From: an uncultured Acidobacteriaceae bacterium | GTDB lineage: Bacteria > Acidobacteriota > Terriglobia > Terriglobales > Acidobacteriaceae | Assembly (NCBI GenBank): GCA_963816705.1 | Contig: CAWFLZ010000010.1 | Location: forward strand, 153,157 to 217,156 | Length of the DNA stretch: 64,000 bases | Direction: 5' to 3' | Shown here: positions 50,585 to 60,236 of the stretch, piece after piece | How positions within the stretch are numbered: position 1 is the stretch's first letter | Layout of the letters: each line of letters starts with the position of its first letter | The notes under the pieces: model-generated | Told to the model about the DNA's origin: nothing | Seen by the model: only the letters and a program-made list of their open reading frames with translations | Database searches by the model: none | Position numbers and translations under genes: made by a program

Positions 50585-51740
50585 CTAGCGCAAGGGCAGG
50601 CTCGCTTCGGCGGAGAAATCGATCGGAGCAAATTCCTGGCGCAGAAATTTTGGAAAGGCAGCGGCGGCGATCATCGCCGCATTGTCGGTGGAAAGAGGCC
50701 GCGAAGGGAAGAAAACGGGAAGGCCTTGCATCTCCGCTTCGCGCTGAAAGGTGGCGCGCAGTTCGCGGTTCGCGGCTACGCCGCCGCTGACGAAGAGCGT
50801 GCGAACCTCATATTCGCGCGCGGCAGCCAGCGTCTTGGTTACGAGGTCGTTCACCATGGCGCGCTGGAATGACGCCACCAGATTGAGCGTCTGGCGATCG
50901 CACAGGCGCAGATAGTCGTCCAAGGTGGGATTAACGATCTCCTGTAGAGATTTTCGCCGCCGCCTCGATCGCCGGCTGTAGTCGCTCGGTTTCAACGTAG
51001 CGCAAAACTGCCGTCTTGATTCCGCTGTAGGAAAAATCAAAACGTGGACGAGCGTCCGACGATGAAGTGTGCATACTGCGGTCGTTGCGATCGCGATGCT
51101 TGATTTGCGCAATCTGGAATTTGACGGCGTGTGGATCGCCGCGCGGAGCGAGCCGATCAATGATGGGACCTCCGGGATATCCGAGCGCGAGGAGTTTGGC
51201 GACTTTGTCGAAGGCTTCGCCGGCGGCGTCGTCGCGGGTGTGGCCGATCTCGGCGTAGGTCCAAAGATTCTTGTCGACCTCGGCGAGATAGAGATGCGTG
51301 TGGCCTCCCGAAACGACGAGGGCGAGAACCGGGAATTCCAGCTCAGGATTTTCGGCCTGTCGCTGCTCTAGCAGTACAGCGTGCACGTGGCCTTCAAGAT
51401 GGTTGACCGCTATCAGCGGTTTGCCGAGTGCAAACGAAAGCGCCTTGGCGAAGCTGATGCCGACCAGCAACGCGCCTGCTAAACCCGGACCTTGCGTGAC
51501 GGCGATGGCATCGATGGAGTCGTAAGTGTGTCCAGCCTCAGCGAGCGATTGGCGCACGACTGGAATGATGGCGTGCAAATGCTCGCGGGAGGCGAGTTCG
51601 GGCACAACTCCGCCATAAGGCTGATGGGTGGCGATTTGCGAGGCCACGACGTTCGAGAGAATCTGCTCTCCCGCGCGCACCACGGCTGCGCCTGTTTCGT
51701 CGCAGGAGCTTTCGATGCCGAGGATGATGGCGTCGGGCAT
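50585..51740 (-). pseudogene. tsaD: tRNA N6-adenosine threonylcarbamoyltransferase TsaD (Kae1/Gcp), 1-bp homopolymer insertion
   Basis: ORF 50931..51740 (N-terminal two-thirds: [18 protein letters not shown]) and the 3' part of ORF 50585..51160 ([18 protein letters not shown]...VSGGVAANRELR...STDNAAMIA). An extra A in an A-run near 50962 breaks ...[17 protein letters not shown].... Confidence 0.9.
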
Positions 51741-51820
51741 AATTGGTGTGCAGCTGCTAGCTTCCAGCCGCTAGCTTTTAGCTTGTTTCTCCCAGTCTAG
51801 CCGATTGGTGCGAGTGCTTC

Positions 51821-53191
51821 TTGAGTACTGCCAAACAACACGCTACCAATATCGTGCGCGCACTGCGCGAGCGCGGGTATCAGGCCTATTTCGCAGGCGG
51901 ATGCGTCCGCGACTTGCTGCTGGGCCGCGAGCCTGCTGATTACGACGTCGCTACCGACGCAACTCCGCAGCAGGTCATGCAGATCTTTCCTCGAACCTTT
52001 GCTGTCGGGGTGCAGTTTGGGGTGGTGCTGGTTCCGGAGAAACCGGCAACCACGGAGGACACAGAGGAACAGGGAGGAAAGGCAACGGCTGTTGAAGTCG
52101 CGACCTTTCGTTGCGACATCGGCTACTCCGATGGGCGACATCCCGATGAGGTGCGATTCACCAAGGATCCTCGCGAGGATGTGCAGCGGCGCGATTTCAC
52201 TATCAACGGCATGTTGCTTGATCCGCTGGTGTCCGACGCGACGAAGGATAACGTGCTCGATTTCGTCGGGGGACGCGAGGACCTGAAGGCTGGCATCGTT
52301 CGCGCTATCGGAGAGCCTTCGCGACGGTTTGCGGAAGACAAGCTGCGCATGTTGCGGGCTGTGCGTTTCGCGGCGCGGTTTGATTACAGGATCGATCCGG
52401 CGACTTTCTCGGCGATCCAGCAACTGGCGCCGCAGATTCATCAGGTCTCGCAGGAGCGGGTGCGCGAAGAGCTGACCAAGATGCTCACTGAAGGCAGCGC
52501 GCGACGCGCATTTTTGCTGCTTGATGAGAGCGGGTTGCTGCGCGAAGTTTTGCCCGAGATTTCGGCGATGAAGGGCGTGGAGCAGCCTCCGCAGTTTCAT
52601 CCCGAGGGGGACGTTTTTGTACATACATTGCTCCTGCTTGAAAAATTGCCGGCGGGCTCGTCGAAGACGCTGACATGGGGAGCGCTGCTGCATGATGTGG
52701 GCAAGCCGGCCACGTTTCGGGTTGCGCCGGATCGCATTCGATTCGACGGGCATGTCGACGTCGGCGTGAAGATGGCTGCCGAAATTTGCCGCCGCTTGCG
52801 ATTTTCGAACGACGAGACGGAACAGATTCTGGCGCTGGTCGACCATCACATGCGCTTTGCTCAGGTGCGGCAGATGAACGAATCGACGCTCAAGAAATTT
52901 CTTCGGCTGCCGCAATTTGATGAGCACCTGGAACTGCATCGCATGGATGTGCTCTCGAGCAACGGGATTCTCTCCGGATACGAATATGCGCGAGAGCGAT
53001 TGCAGTCGATGGCGCCGGAGGCGATGCGTCCGCAGCCGCTGGTTACGGGCAACGATTTGATTGCGGCCGGGTATGAGCCGGGGCCGCGGTTCACGGAAAT
53101 TCTGGACGCGGTCGAGGACGCGCAGCTCGAAGGACGCATTGCTTCGCGAGAGGCTGCGATGGAGTACGTGCTCCACGAATTCCCTGCGTAG
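51821..53191 (+). CDS. cca: CCA-adding tRNA nucleotidyltransferase (PolyA_pol head plus HD domain)
   Basis: 456 aa. GGCVRDLLLGREPADYDVAT and RRDFTING (nucleotidyltransferase), with HD-domain HD..H motifs in the C-terminal half. Confidence 0.9.
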   Translation: MSTAKQHATNIVRALRERGYQAYFAGGCVRDLLLGREPADYDVATDATPQQVMQIFPRTFAVGVQFGVVLVPEKPATTEDTEEQGGKATAVEVATFRCDIGYSDGRHPDEVRFTKDPREDVQRRDFTINGMLLDPLVSDATKDNVLDFVGGREDLKAGIVRAIGEPSRRFAEDKLRMLRAVRFAARFDYRIDPATFSAIQQLAPQIHQVSQERVREELTKMLTEGSARRAFLLLDESGLLREVLPEISAMKGVEQPPQFHPEGDVFVHTLLLLEKLPAGSSKTLTWGALLHDVGKPATFRVAPDRIRFDGHVDVGVKMAAEICRRLRFSNDETEQILALVDHHMRFAQVRQMNESTLKKFLRLPQFDEHLELHRMDVLSSNGILSGYEYARERLQSMAPEAMRPQPLVTGNDLIAAGYEPGPRFTEILDAVEDAQLEGRIASREAAMEYVLHEFPA

Positions 53192-53384
53192 ATTTCGACG
53201 CTTTTGCGACATTCTCTTTTTTGCGGGAAGTGTTTGATTCTGTTGAATTTGTTGGCGAAATTCAGCAAAATGTGTACCCCCTCCCCCCTATCATTTTTAG
53301 TTAAAGTGTTGATAAATATGTACTTACACTCAAAGTATTCAAGAATAAAGAGTTAGCCCCTAAACCCGGGCTGAAAATAGTTTT

Positions 53385-53436
53385 GGGGCAGCTTCGAGAA
53401 CCGTCCTGGTTGGCGGACGCACCTCGGAGCTGCCCC
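53385..53436 (+). terminator. Hairpin downstream of cca (14-bp stem with one mismatch)
   Basis: ggggcagcttcgag ... ctcggagctgcccc. It follows the AT-rich spacer 53200..53380 and has no strong T-run. Confidence 0.3.
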
Positions 53437-53523
53437 ATTCAGAGCTCGATTGTTGCATGCGGCAGATTAGAAGTCTGTGACGGCGCGCACTGGCTGATTG
53501 TGATGAAAAAGGTTTTGGTCTGA

Positions 53524-53703
53524 TACGCTCGCGGCATCCGGCAAAAACCGGTGAACGTCCTGTCTGTCCCCGTATTTTCCGTCCCCGTATTTTCCCACGA
53601 GGTACGCGGACGGCAGACGGTCGAGGAGTTCGTGCGCCTGGAAGCGGCCCACGACTTGAACCATCTTCGGCAGATCGACCGCACCTTGGGTGGGTGCATG
53701 TAG
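53524..53703 (+). pseudogene. 3'-terminal fragment of a DinB/YfiT-like (HxxxH..GQI) gene, copy 1 of a direct repeat, containing a 15-bp perfect tandem duplication
   Basis: It reads ...VPVFSVPVFSHEVRGRQTVEEFVRLEAAHDLNHLRQIDRTLGGCM and then stops. The tandem duplication gtccccgtattttcc x2 is at 53566..53595. About 90% identical to 54690..54812. Confidence 0.4.
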
Positions 53704-53726
53704 TGGTAGGGCGGGGATGTTCTTTT

Positions 53727-54146
53727 TCACCTCGCGATTCTCTTCCCGCCTGCGGCAAAACCAGTCTTCCGTTTGCCGCCGCCAAATGTCTGACGCTTTT
53801 TATCGTCCCTGAGGCGGACAGCCGTGGGCGTAGAAGAGCCGACAGCAGCGGCGAACGCGGCGGGATTCAGCGCAGTGAGCACGGCAGCGGGATTCTTGTC
53901 GATGACAGTGAGCAAAGTGCGAGCCGGAGCTTCTGGGCTCCTTCGCCCGCCCTCCCAGTGCTTGATAGCGTCAAGGCTGAATCCGAACGTGTTGGAGAAT
54001 CTGGCTTGTGTCATGCCAAGGCGATTTCGGATCGCTTTCACGTCAACCTCCTCGGGCACATGCGCCTTGAATCCTTCTTGCTCCCCAGCAAGGAAAGCCT
54101 CAACGTCGTTCAGGCCATTCATCATCTGCGCGAATTGCGTTTTCAT
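53727..54146 (-). CDS. XRE-family HTH antitoxin (HigA/DUF4415-like) of a RelE/HigB-like TA pair
   Basis: 139 aa. HTH around IRNRLGMTQARFSNTFGFSLDAIKHWEGGRRSP, with a C-terminal basic tail. Its start abuts the toxin stop. Confidence 0.7.
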   Translation of the reverse strand: MKTQFAQMMNGLNDVEAFLAGEQEGFKAHVPEEVDVKAIRNRLGMTQARFSNTFGFSLDAIKHWEGGRRSPEAPARTLLTVIDKNPAAVLTALNPAAFAAAVGSSTPTAVRLRDDKKRQTFGGGKRKTGFAAGGKRIAR

Positions 54147-54161
54147 GCTATCTCCCTGGGT

Positions 54162-54529
54162 TCAGAAAATGCCCTCAAAAATGCTATCGGCCCGTTTCCT
54201 GAGTGTGTTGCGCTCTGCCATGGACAGATTTTCTTTCTCATTCTTCGGAAAAACCGCAATGAGAAAAACCGGAAATCTCTGGTTGCGCCAGATATACACA
54301 ACCCGGGCCCCGCCGCTTTTCCCCATCCCTTTGCGTGCGACTTGGACCTTTTGCGTGCGACTCGGACCTTTCGAAACCCGCCCGTTCCACGGATCACGTC
54401 TCCACGCTCCGGGTCAGCCGCAACCAGTGCCACGATGTCAGCACGCTCCTCCTCGCTAAAGAGCCTGTTGGCAATCGCGAGGTAAGTAGGCGTTTCGACA
54501 ACCGTCTGCACAATTCTCTTGTACTCCAT
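54162..54529 (-). pseudogene. RelE/HigB-superfamily toxin (GKSGGxRViY type) inactivated by a 20-bp tandem duplication
   Basis: N-terminal frame MEYKRIVQTVVETPTYLAIANRLF...GGFRKVRVARK. Downstream frame GMGKSGGARVVYIWRNQRFPVFLIAVFPKNEKENLSMAERNTLRKRADSIFEGIF. The two are joined if one copy of ttgcgtgcgacttggacctt (54331..54350) / ttgcgtgcgactcggacctt (54351..54370) is removed. Confidence 0.7.
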
Positions 54530-54595
54530 TGGACACCATGAGTCAAGTGAATTGTGTGCCATTGGACACTAATGGTTTAGGAGCGCTTGGGTTAG

Positions 54596-54811
54596 GCGCA
54601 GCAAGATGCGAGCCTTTCGGCAGCGGTCTTTCGGACGCTGCGCGAGAGCAACCTGCGACTATTGGAGTCGGTCCCGCGCGCACGGTGGGTGGAGTGCTAT
54701 GGGGTCCACGAGGTGCGCGGTCGGCAAACGGTCGAGGAGTTCGTCCGCATGGAAGCGGCACACGACTTGAACCATCTTCGGCAAATCGACTGCATCTTGG
54801 GTGGGCGTAGG
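54596..54811 (+). pseudogene. C-terminal fragment (about 72 aa) of a DinB/YfiT-like gene, copy 2 of the direct repeat
   Basis: ...LRESNLRLLESVPRARWVECYGVHEVRGRQTVEEFVRMEAAHDLNHLRQIDCILGGRR and then stops. There is no N-terminal half, because the toxin gene occupies the upstream position on the opposite strand. Confidence 0.45.
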
Positions 54812-55065
54812 TAGTGGTAGCCGTTTGGCTGCCAACGCCTCGGTTCCCACGGCCGCCAATTGTGTAGGGGCAAAACCTCCGCTGCCGACGGTATTGCCGG
54901 GCCACTTCTCAAAAAGCGTGAGAAGTGGCGCACCCCCAGTTATTACGGGTTCGAGGCCTGAGAAGTGGCCCACCCGCCTCTTGCAAAAAACGCAAGGACG
55001 GGTCGCCCTCAATGGCAACGGTGCAAGCAAAAATCGCTAAGGTGGACCACCCCCAGGTTTCTCCG

Positions 55066-55623
55066 TCACTCTTTCAAGTAATGAAGCGCAACACCTCCTG
55101 ATTTAGAAATCTTCGATTCGACAAGTTTCAGTTGTAGGTTCTCCGGCAGATTGACACCATCAAACAACCGTCTTCCTTTCCCAACGATGACTGGCGAAAT
55201 GGCCACACGATATTCGTCAATCAGGCCAAGCTCCATCAGTTGTGAAGGAAGATCTACACCGCCGACCCAAATATTTTTGCCCGGTTCTTGCTTCAATCTA
55301 AGTATTTCGTCGCGAAGGTTCGAGCGAACGATTCTCGTATTTTTATCTTCAACGCGGTCCAATGATCGTGAAAAAACAATCTTTTCGAGGGAATCAAATG
55401 CCAGGGCAAATTCGTTCCCCTCCTTTGTCTCGGACTGGTTTTTTGCGATATCAGGCCAATAAGGAACCATCAATTGGTAGGTTTTACGCCCATAGACGAG
55501 CAGGCCAGCATCCTCTCGCAAGAGGCGCGTGTAGTGTTCCATTGCCGCTTCATCAGGAACGTGTTTGGTGTGGTCGCAGCAGCCGTCAAGGGTAAGGTTG
55601 ATGGCGAAGACTACATTTCTCAT
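55066..55623 (-). CDS. Dihydrofolate reductase-like (RibD C-terminal domain, YwjB/YyaP family) protein
   Basis: 185 aa. MRNVVFAINLTLDGC...VYGRKTY...IWVGGVDL is the RibD_C/DHFR-like signature. Confidence 0.75.
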   Translation of the reverse strand: MRNVVFAINLTLDGCCDHTKHVPDEAAMEHYTRLLREDAGLLVYGRKTYQLMVPYWPDIAKNQSETKEGNEFALAFDSLEKIVFSRSLDRVEDKNTRIVRSNLRDEILRLKQEPGKNIWVGGVDLPSQLMELGLIDEYRVAISPVIVGKGRRLFDGVNLPENLQLKLVESKISKSGGVALHYLKE

Positions 55624-55784
55624 TTGATCCCCTTTTTAGAGTTTTGCTTTTCGAGTAGATCAATGACATTGGCTCATCTCCGGCGCGGCTTCCATCGTCA
55701 TGATCAACGGGAGGCTGAAGGCCGGGAAATGCGGGGACGACGCGACGCTCACGTCATTTTCGGCGAAGCCCTGGGCCCTCCGGC

Positions 55785-58700
55785 CTAAGTCAATACAAAT
55801 CGCAGAAGTTCTGGAAACTTCTTTTCCGCGGATAGGACACGGATCTGCGCGGGTGATTCGAAACCTATTCCTCGTTCTGATCCCGGTCTTGCGAGTTGAC
55901 TGCGGCGGGATCGGCTGGGATTGGTTTTTGCAGATCGATCGGCGGGCTGGCCGGCTTTCTTCAGCTCCTCATTCAGTTGCGGAACATCTTTTGATTTGAG
56001 TTGAGACCACGCTGCCAACTGTTCATCGAGCGCCTTTTCCACTTCTCCGAACATTGAGACCTCCTGCGTGGTGGGGGCGGCGTCGGCGGTATCGAGTTGG
56101 GCTAGCATCGTGCCCAGGCCTCCATTGAGGCGGGCCAGGCTGCGGCCTTCGGGCGTGCTCAGGAAGCGAGAGCCATAGCCGCCTTCGCTGCCTTCGATGG
56201 CCGCGGCTTTGGCGTCGAGACTCTTGATGGATTCAGCCAGCGGGGATGGCGGATTCTTCGCGCTCGCGGCTTTCAGTTGCGAGCGCAGGCTGCGCACCTG
56301 TTGCAGGGCTTCATGGTCGCGGTGGAGGGCGTCGGCGATTTTGCGGTCGAGGTCGAACTGGCGGCGGAGGTCTCTCGGGCAAGGTTTTCACGCGCGGGTC
56401 CATGTGGATTTCGAGGGGCTGCGTGTAGGTTTTGCCATCGGCCGTTAGCTCCAAGCTGTACTTGCCCGGCAAAACCTTGGCGCCCTCCGGGTAGAGCGGA
56501 GTGTCGTGAGGGATCGCGGAGATCGGGAAGTCGCGACTGAGCAGGTCGGGAACTGGATAGGTCAGGTCCCAGACGAAGCGGTGCATGCCGGGTGCGGCAG
56601 ACAGTATTCGCGGCGGGCGCACCCAGTACATCGGGACGTTGAAGTCTTTGGGATTAATCGGCTCGGGCTTGTCCGTGCTGGAGAAGCGGCGTACTAGCTT
56701 GCCGCTTGCATCTAGATTTCAATGACGACTGCGGGAGTCGCGTCCTTGAGCCAGTAGTCGATCATTGCGCCATCGGGCGGATTCTGGCCGGCGGGCTCTT
56801 CGGGTGGAAGCGGCGTGTCGGGATTGTTGTCGCGGCGCAGGCGATAGGTCAACGGCGGCTTGAACAAGTGGGCGGGGCTCTGCGGCAATCTTCGCGTCGA
56901 GCTGGCGCAGCGGCGTGATGTTGTCCAAAATCCAGAACGACCGGCCGTGCGTGCCTACTACCACGTCGTCGTTGTGGACGACCAGGTCACGAATCGAAGT
57001 GGGCGGCAGATTCAGCTTGAGCGATTGCCAGTGGTCGCCGTCGTCGAATGAAACATAGACGCTGCGCTCGGTTCCGGCGAAGAGCAGTCCTTTGCGTTCG
57101 GGGTCTTCGCGGACGGTGTTGACCGGTTCGTTATCGGGCAGGCCGGTCACGATCTTCTGCCAGGTCTTGCCGCCGTCGTGGGTGCGGTAGATATATGGAT
57201 GCAGGTCGTCGAGGCGGAAACGATTGACTGCGGCGTAGGCGGTTGCGGTATCGAAGTGCGACGCGTCCATCTGCGCTACCTTGCTCCAGGGCGTCAGATC
57301 AGGCGGAGTTACGTTTTGCCAGTTCTTGCCGGCGTCATGAGTTACTTGAATCAGGCCGTCGTCGGTGCCGACCCAGATCAGGTTGGCGTCTTTGGGCGAG
57401 GGTGCGATGGAATAAATCACGCCGCGATGCTTGCCTTTGGCGGGGTCGTCGTCAACGAACGCGCCTAGCGATGGAGGGACGCCGGCGTCGTCTTTTGTTA
57501 GATCGCGCGTCAGGTCTGGGCTGATGATTTGCCAGCTGTTGCCGCCATCGCGCGTCACGAACAAGACGTTCGAACCCAGATAGAGCGCGTGCTGATCGAC
57601 GGGCGAGAAAATCAGCGGCGCGGTGCGGTTGAAGCGGTACTGGCCGGTGCGGAGGACTACTGGGCCAACCTCGCGCGTCTGGCCGGTGTTGCGGTCGAAC
57701 ACGGTAACTTTGCCGCCGTAGATCAGATTCGGATGCAGCGGATCGGGCGCGACGTAGCCGTATTCTTCTACGCCGAGAGTGGTCCAGTCGCGAAAAGTGA
57801 TTTCGCCGAAGTCGCTGCGGCTGGCGGTGCCGACCGAGCCGCTTTCCTGCTGCCCACCGTAGACCCAATAGGGAAACTGGTTGTCGGTGATCACGTGATA
57901 GAACTGCGCTGTCGGCTGGTTATACCAACTGCTCCAGTGTCTGCCGCCGTTCACGCTGATGGTTGCGCCCTGGTCGACGGCGATGGCGATGATGTCGGGA
58001 TTTTCGGGATTGATCCAGATGGTGTGATAGTCGTCGCCGCCGGGCGCGCCCTTGATGGCGGTGAAATTTTTGCCGGCGTCGGTGGAACGGTAGGTGGACG
58101 TGTTGGCCACGTAAATGACGTCTTTGTTTCTGGGATCGACGCGGACGCAACCAAAGTCGTCGCCGCGGCCGTAGATGCGCTCTTCGCTGTTGACCTGCTG
58201 CCAGGATTCGCCGGCGTCGTCGGAGCGGTAGATGCCGCTGCCTAGCTTTGCATTCGGCTTCGTTACGTTGGACGTCGTTACGTTAACCCATGCATACATG
58301 CGTTCGGGATCGCTGGGGGAGATGGTTTGGCCGATGCGGCCGATGCCTTCGGCTTCGCCGGGCAATCCTTTGGTGAGTTGACGCCAGTTGTTGCCGCCGT
58401 CGGTCGATTTGTAGAGACCGCTGCCGGGGCCGTTGTAGGCGCCGCCGGTCGTCCAGGGCGGACGGCGCGAGGACCACATGCTGGCGAAGATTACCTGCGA
58501 GTTGCGAGGATCGAACGTCAGATCCATGCCGCCGACGTTCTCGTCTTTGTAGAGAACCTTTGTGAAGGTCTGGCCGCCGTCGAGCGAGCGGAAGATGCCG
58601 CGCTCGGCGTTGGGGCCGTAGGGATGGCCTTGGGCGGCGACGAAGAGGCGGTTGGGATCTTTGGGATCGACGATGATGGAGGCGATTTGCTGGGCGTCGC

Positions 58701-59154
58701 GCAGGCCGAGGTGTTGCCAGGTGCGGCCGGCATCGGTTGATTTGTAGATGCCGTCGCCGACGGAGAGATCGGGACGGCGCAGGCCTTCGCCGCTGCCTAC
58801 ATAAATGATGTCGGGATTGGAGGGCGCGACGGCGACGGCGCCGATGGAGCCGGTGGGCTGGTCGTCAAAGATTGGGTTCCAGGTACGGCCGAAGTCGGTG
58901 GACTTCCAGACTCCGCCGTTGTTTGGGGCCATGTAGAAAACGTTTTGATGGCCGGGGATGCCGGAGATGGAGACGGTGCGGCCCGCACGGAAGGGGCCGA
59001 TCATGCGCCAGTGGAGATCCTGATACAGCGAGGGATCGAACTGTTGAGCGCGAACGGGAGCGATGCAGATTCCGCCGATGAATGTGAGGACGATGAGAAG
59101 AAGCCGAATCTTGATCCAGAGTTGCGATTGTCGTTTCAAGGATGTACCCCCCAC
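55785..59154 (-). pseudogene. Large BNR/Asp-box repeat beta-propeller protein (sortilin/VPS10-like, GH74-like), C-terminal third fragmented by three or more indels
   Basis: ORF 56719..59154 has a signal peptide and more than 10 SxDxGxTW motifs. Its C-terminus continues in other frames through ORF 56311..56631 (MYWVRPPRIL...) and ORF 55785..56297. Shifts lie near 56712, 56380 and 55930. An alternative frame gives a plausible natural end, ...KKAGQPPIDLQKPIPADPAAVNSQDRDQNEE. Confidence 0.75.
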
Positions 59155-59410
59155 ACGCGAAGAGCTGAAGAGCGAAGAGTAAGGATAAACCAGACGGGCT
59201 TCTGGCGAGGCAGAGTCACTCCGAAATTCGGGCTGGAGGCCAAAGGGTAACCAGGTGACTCAGGTGGCTACCCCTTCGCTGGTTTCGTGGATCGAGGTTG
59301 CGATGTAGAGTCGCTCCAGGGTCTGTAACGTTGGCGCGGACTGTGCCGATGAATTCTTTGTAGGGCACGAGAGTCTCGCGCCGGACGAATTACATTTGAA
59401 GGAGAAATTC

Positions 59411-60163
59411 ATGTCGATCGCGGCTGTTTCCACCGGCTCCATTTATCAGGAACTACAATCCTTCTTTCAACAGCGCAACAGTGACGTGGCGCAACTCGGC
59501 CAGGACCTCACGGCCGGCAACGTCGCCAATGCGCAGCAGGACTTCGCCACGCTCCGGAGCCTGGGCCAGAGCGGGCCGTTTGCGAACGGCGATGCATTCG
59601 CCGCCGGCAACGTGCGTGAGCAGGATTTCACAGCGATTGGGCAGGCTTTGCAGTCGGGCGATCTGGCGGGCGCGCAGCAGGCCTTTGCCCAGCTTGAGAG
59701 TACGCTCAAGAACGGTGGCGGAGGGGGATCGGATTCGATCGCATCGGCGGTGTCAGCGGCGGCTTCCACGCTCACTCAGACTTCGGCCCCACCGCTACCC
59801 GCGAATTCGATCTACCAGCAGTTGCAGCAGTATTATCAGCAACGCAAGGCCGATGTTGGCCAGCTTAGTCAGGATCTTGCTTCGGGCAATACCGCGAACG
59901 CACAGCAGGATGTTGCCGCGCTTCAGGCTCTGGGCGAGAGCGGGCCATTCAAGAGCGGCGATCCATTCGGGAACAAGCAGCGCGAGTCGGATTTTGCCGC
60001 CATTGGCCAGGCGCTACAGTCGGGCGATTTGGGGGGCGCGCGGCTGGCATTTGCGCAACTGGAAGGTACCTTCAGCGGGCATCATCAGACGGAGCCCCCG
60101 GTCTACCAGTCTCCTCAGACCAGCAGCGCGGTACCGATTAGCGGCCTGGATACTACGGCCTGA
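59411..60163 (+). CDS. Hypothetical protein built from two tandem repeats of about 95 aa
   Basis: Repeat 1 (IYQELQSFFQQRNSDVAQLGQDLTAGNVANAQQDFATLRSLGQSGPFANGDAFAAGNVREQDFTAIGQALQSGDLAGAQQAFAQLE) is about 65% identical to repeat 2 (IYQQLQQYYQQRKADVGQLSQDLASGNTANAQQDVAALQALGESGPFKSGDPFGNKQRESDFAAIGQALQSGDLGGARLAFAQLE). The listed ORF starts at 59396. Confidence 0.5.
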   Translation: MSIAAVSTGSIYQELQSFFQQRNSDVAQLGQDLTAGNVANAQQDFATLRSLGQSGPFANGDAFAAGNVREQDFTAIGQALQSGDLAGAQQAFAQLESTLKNGGGGGSDSIASAVSAAASTLTQTSAPPLPANSIYQQLQQYYQQRKADVGQLSQDLASGNTANAQQDVAALQALGESGPFKSGDPFGNKQRESDFAAIGQALQSGDLGGARLAFAQLEGTFSGHHQTEPPVYQSPQTSSAVPISGLDTTA

Positions 60164-60236
60164 GCAGCGTCGGCCGAACGTGCGGGCACGGGAAGCCGTG
60201 CCCTTCGTCTTCTTTGGCGGCCGTCAGCTCCACGTG

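Noticed and set aside
54930-54960. tRNA-like T-arm motif (gggttcgaggcc) near the TA islet
   Set aside because: No acceptor stem, anticodon arm or CCA-proximal pairing could be built around it. It is part of the local tgagaagtggc repeat/hairpin region and not a tRNA or tRNA remnant.
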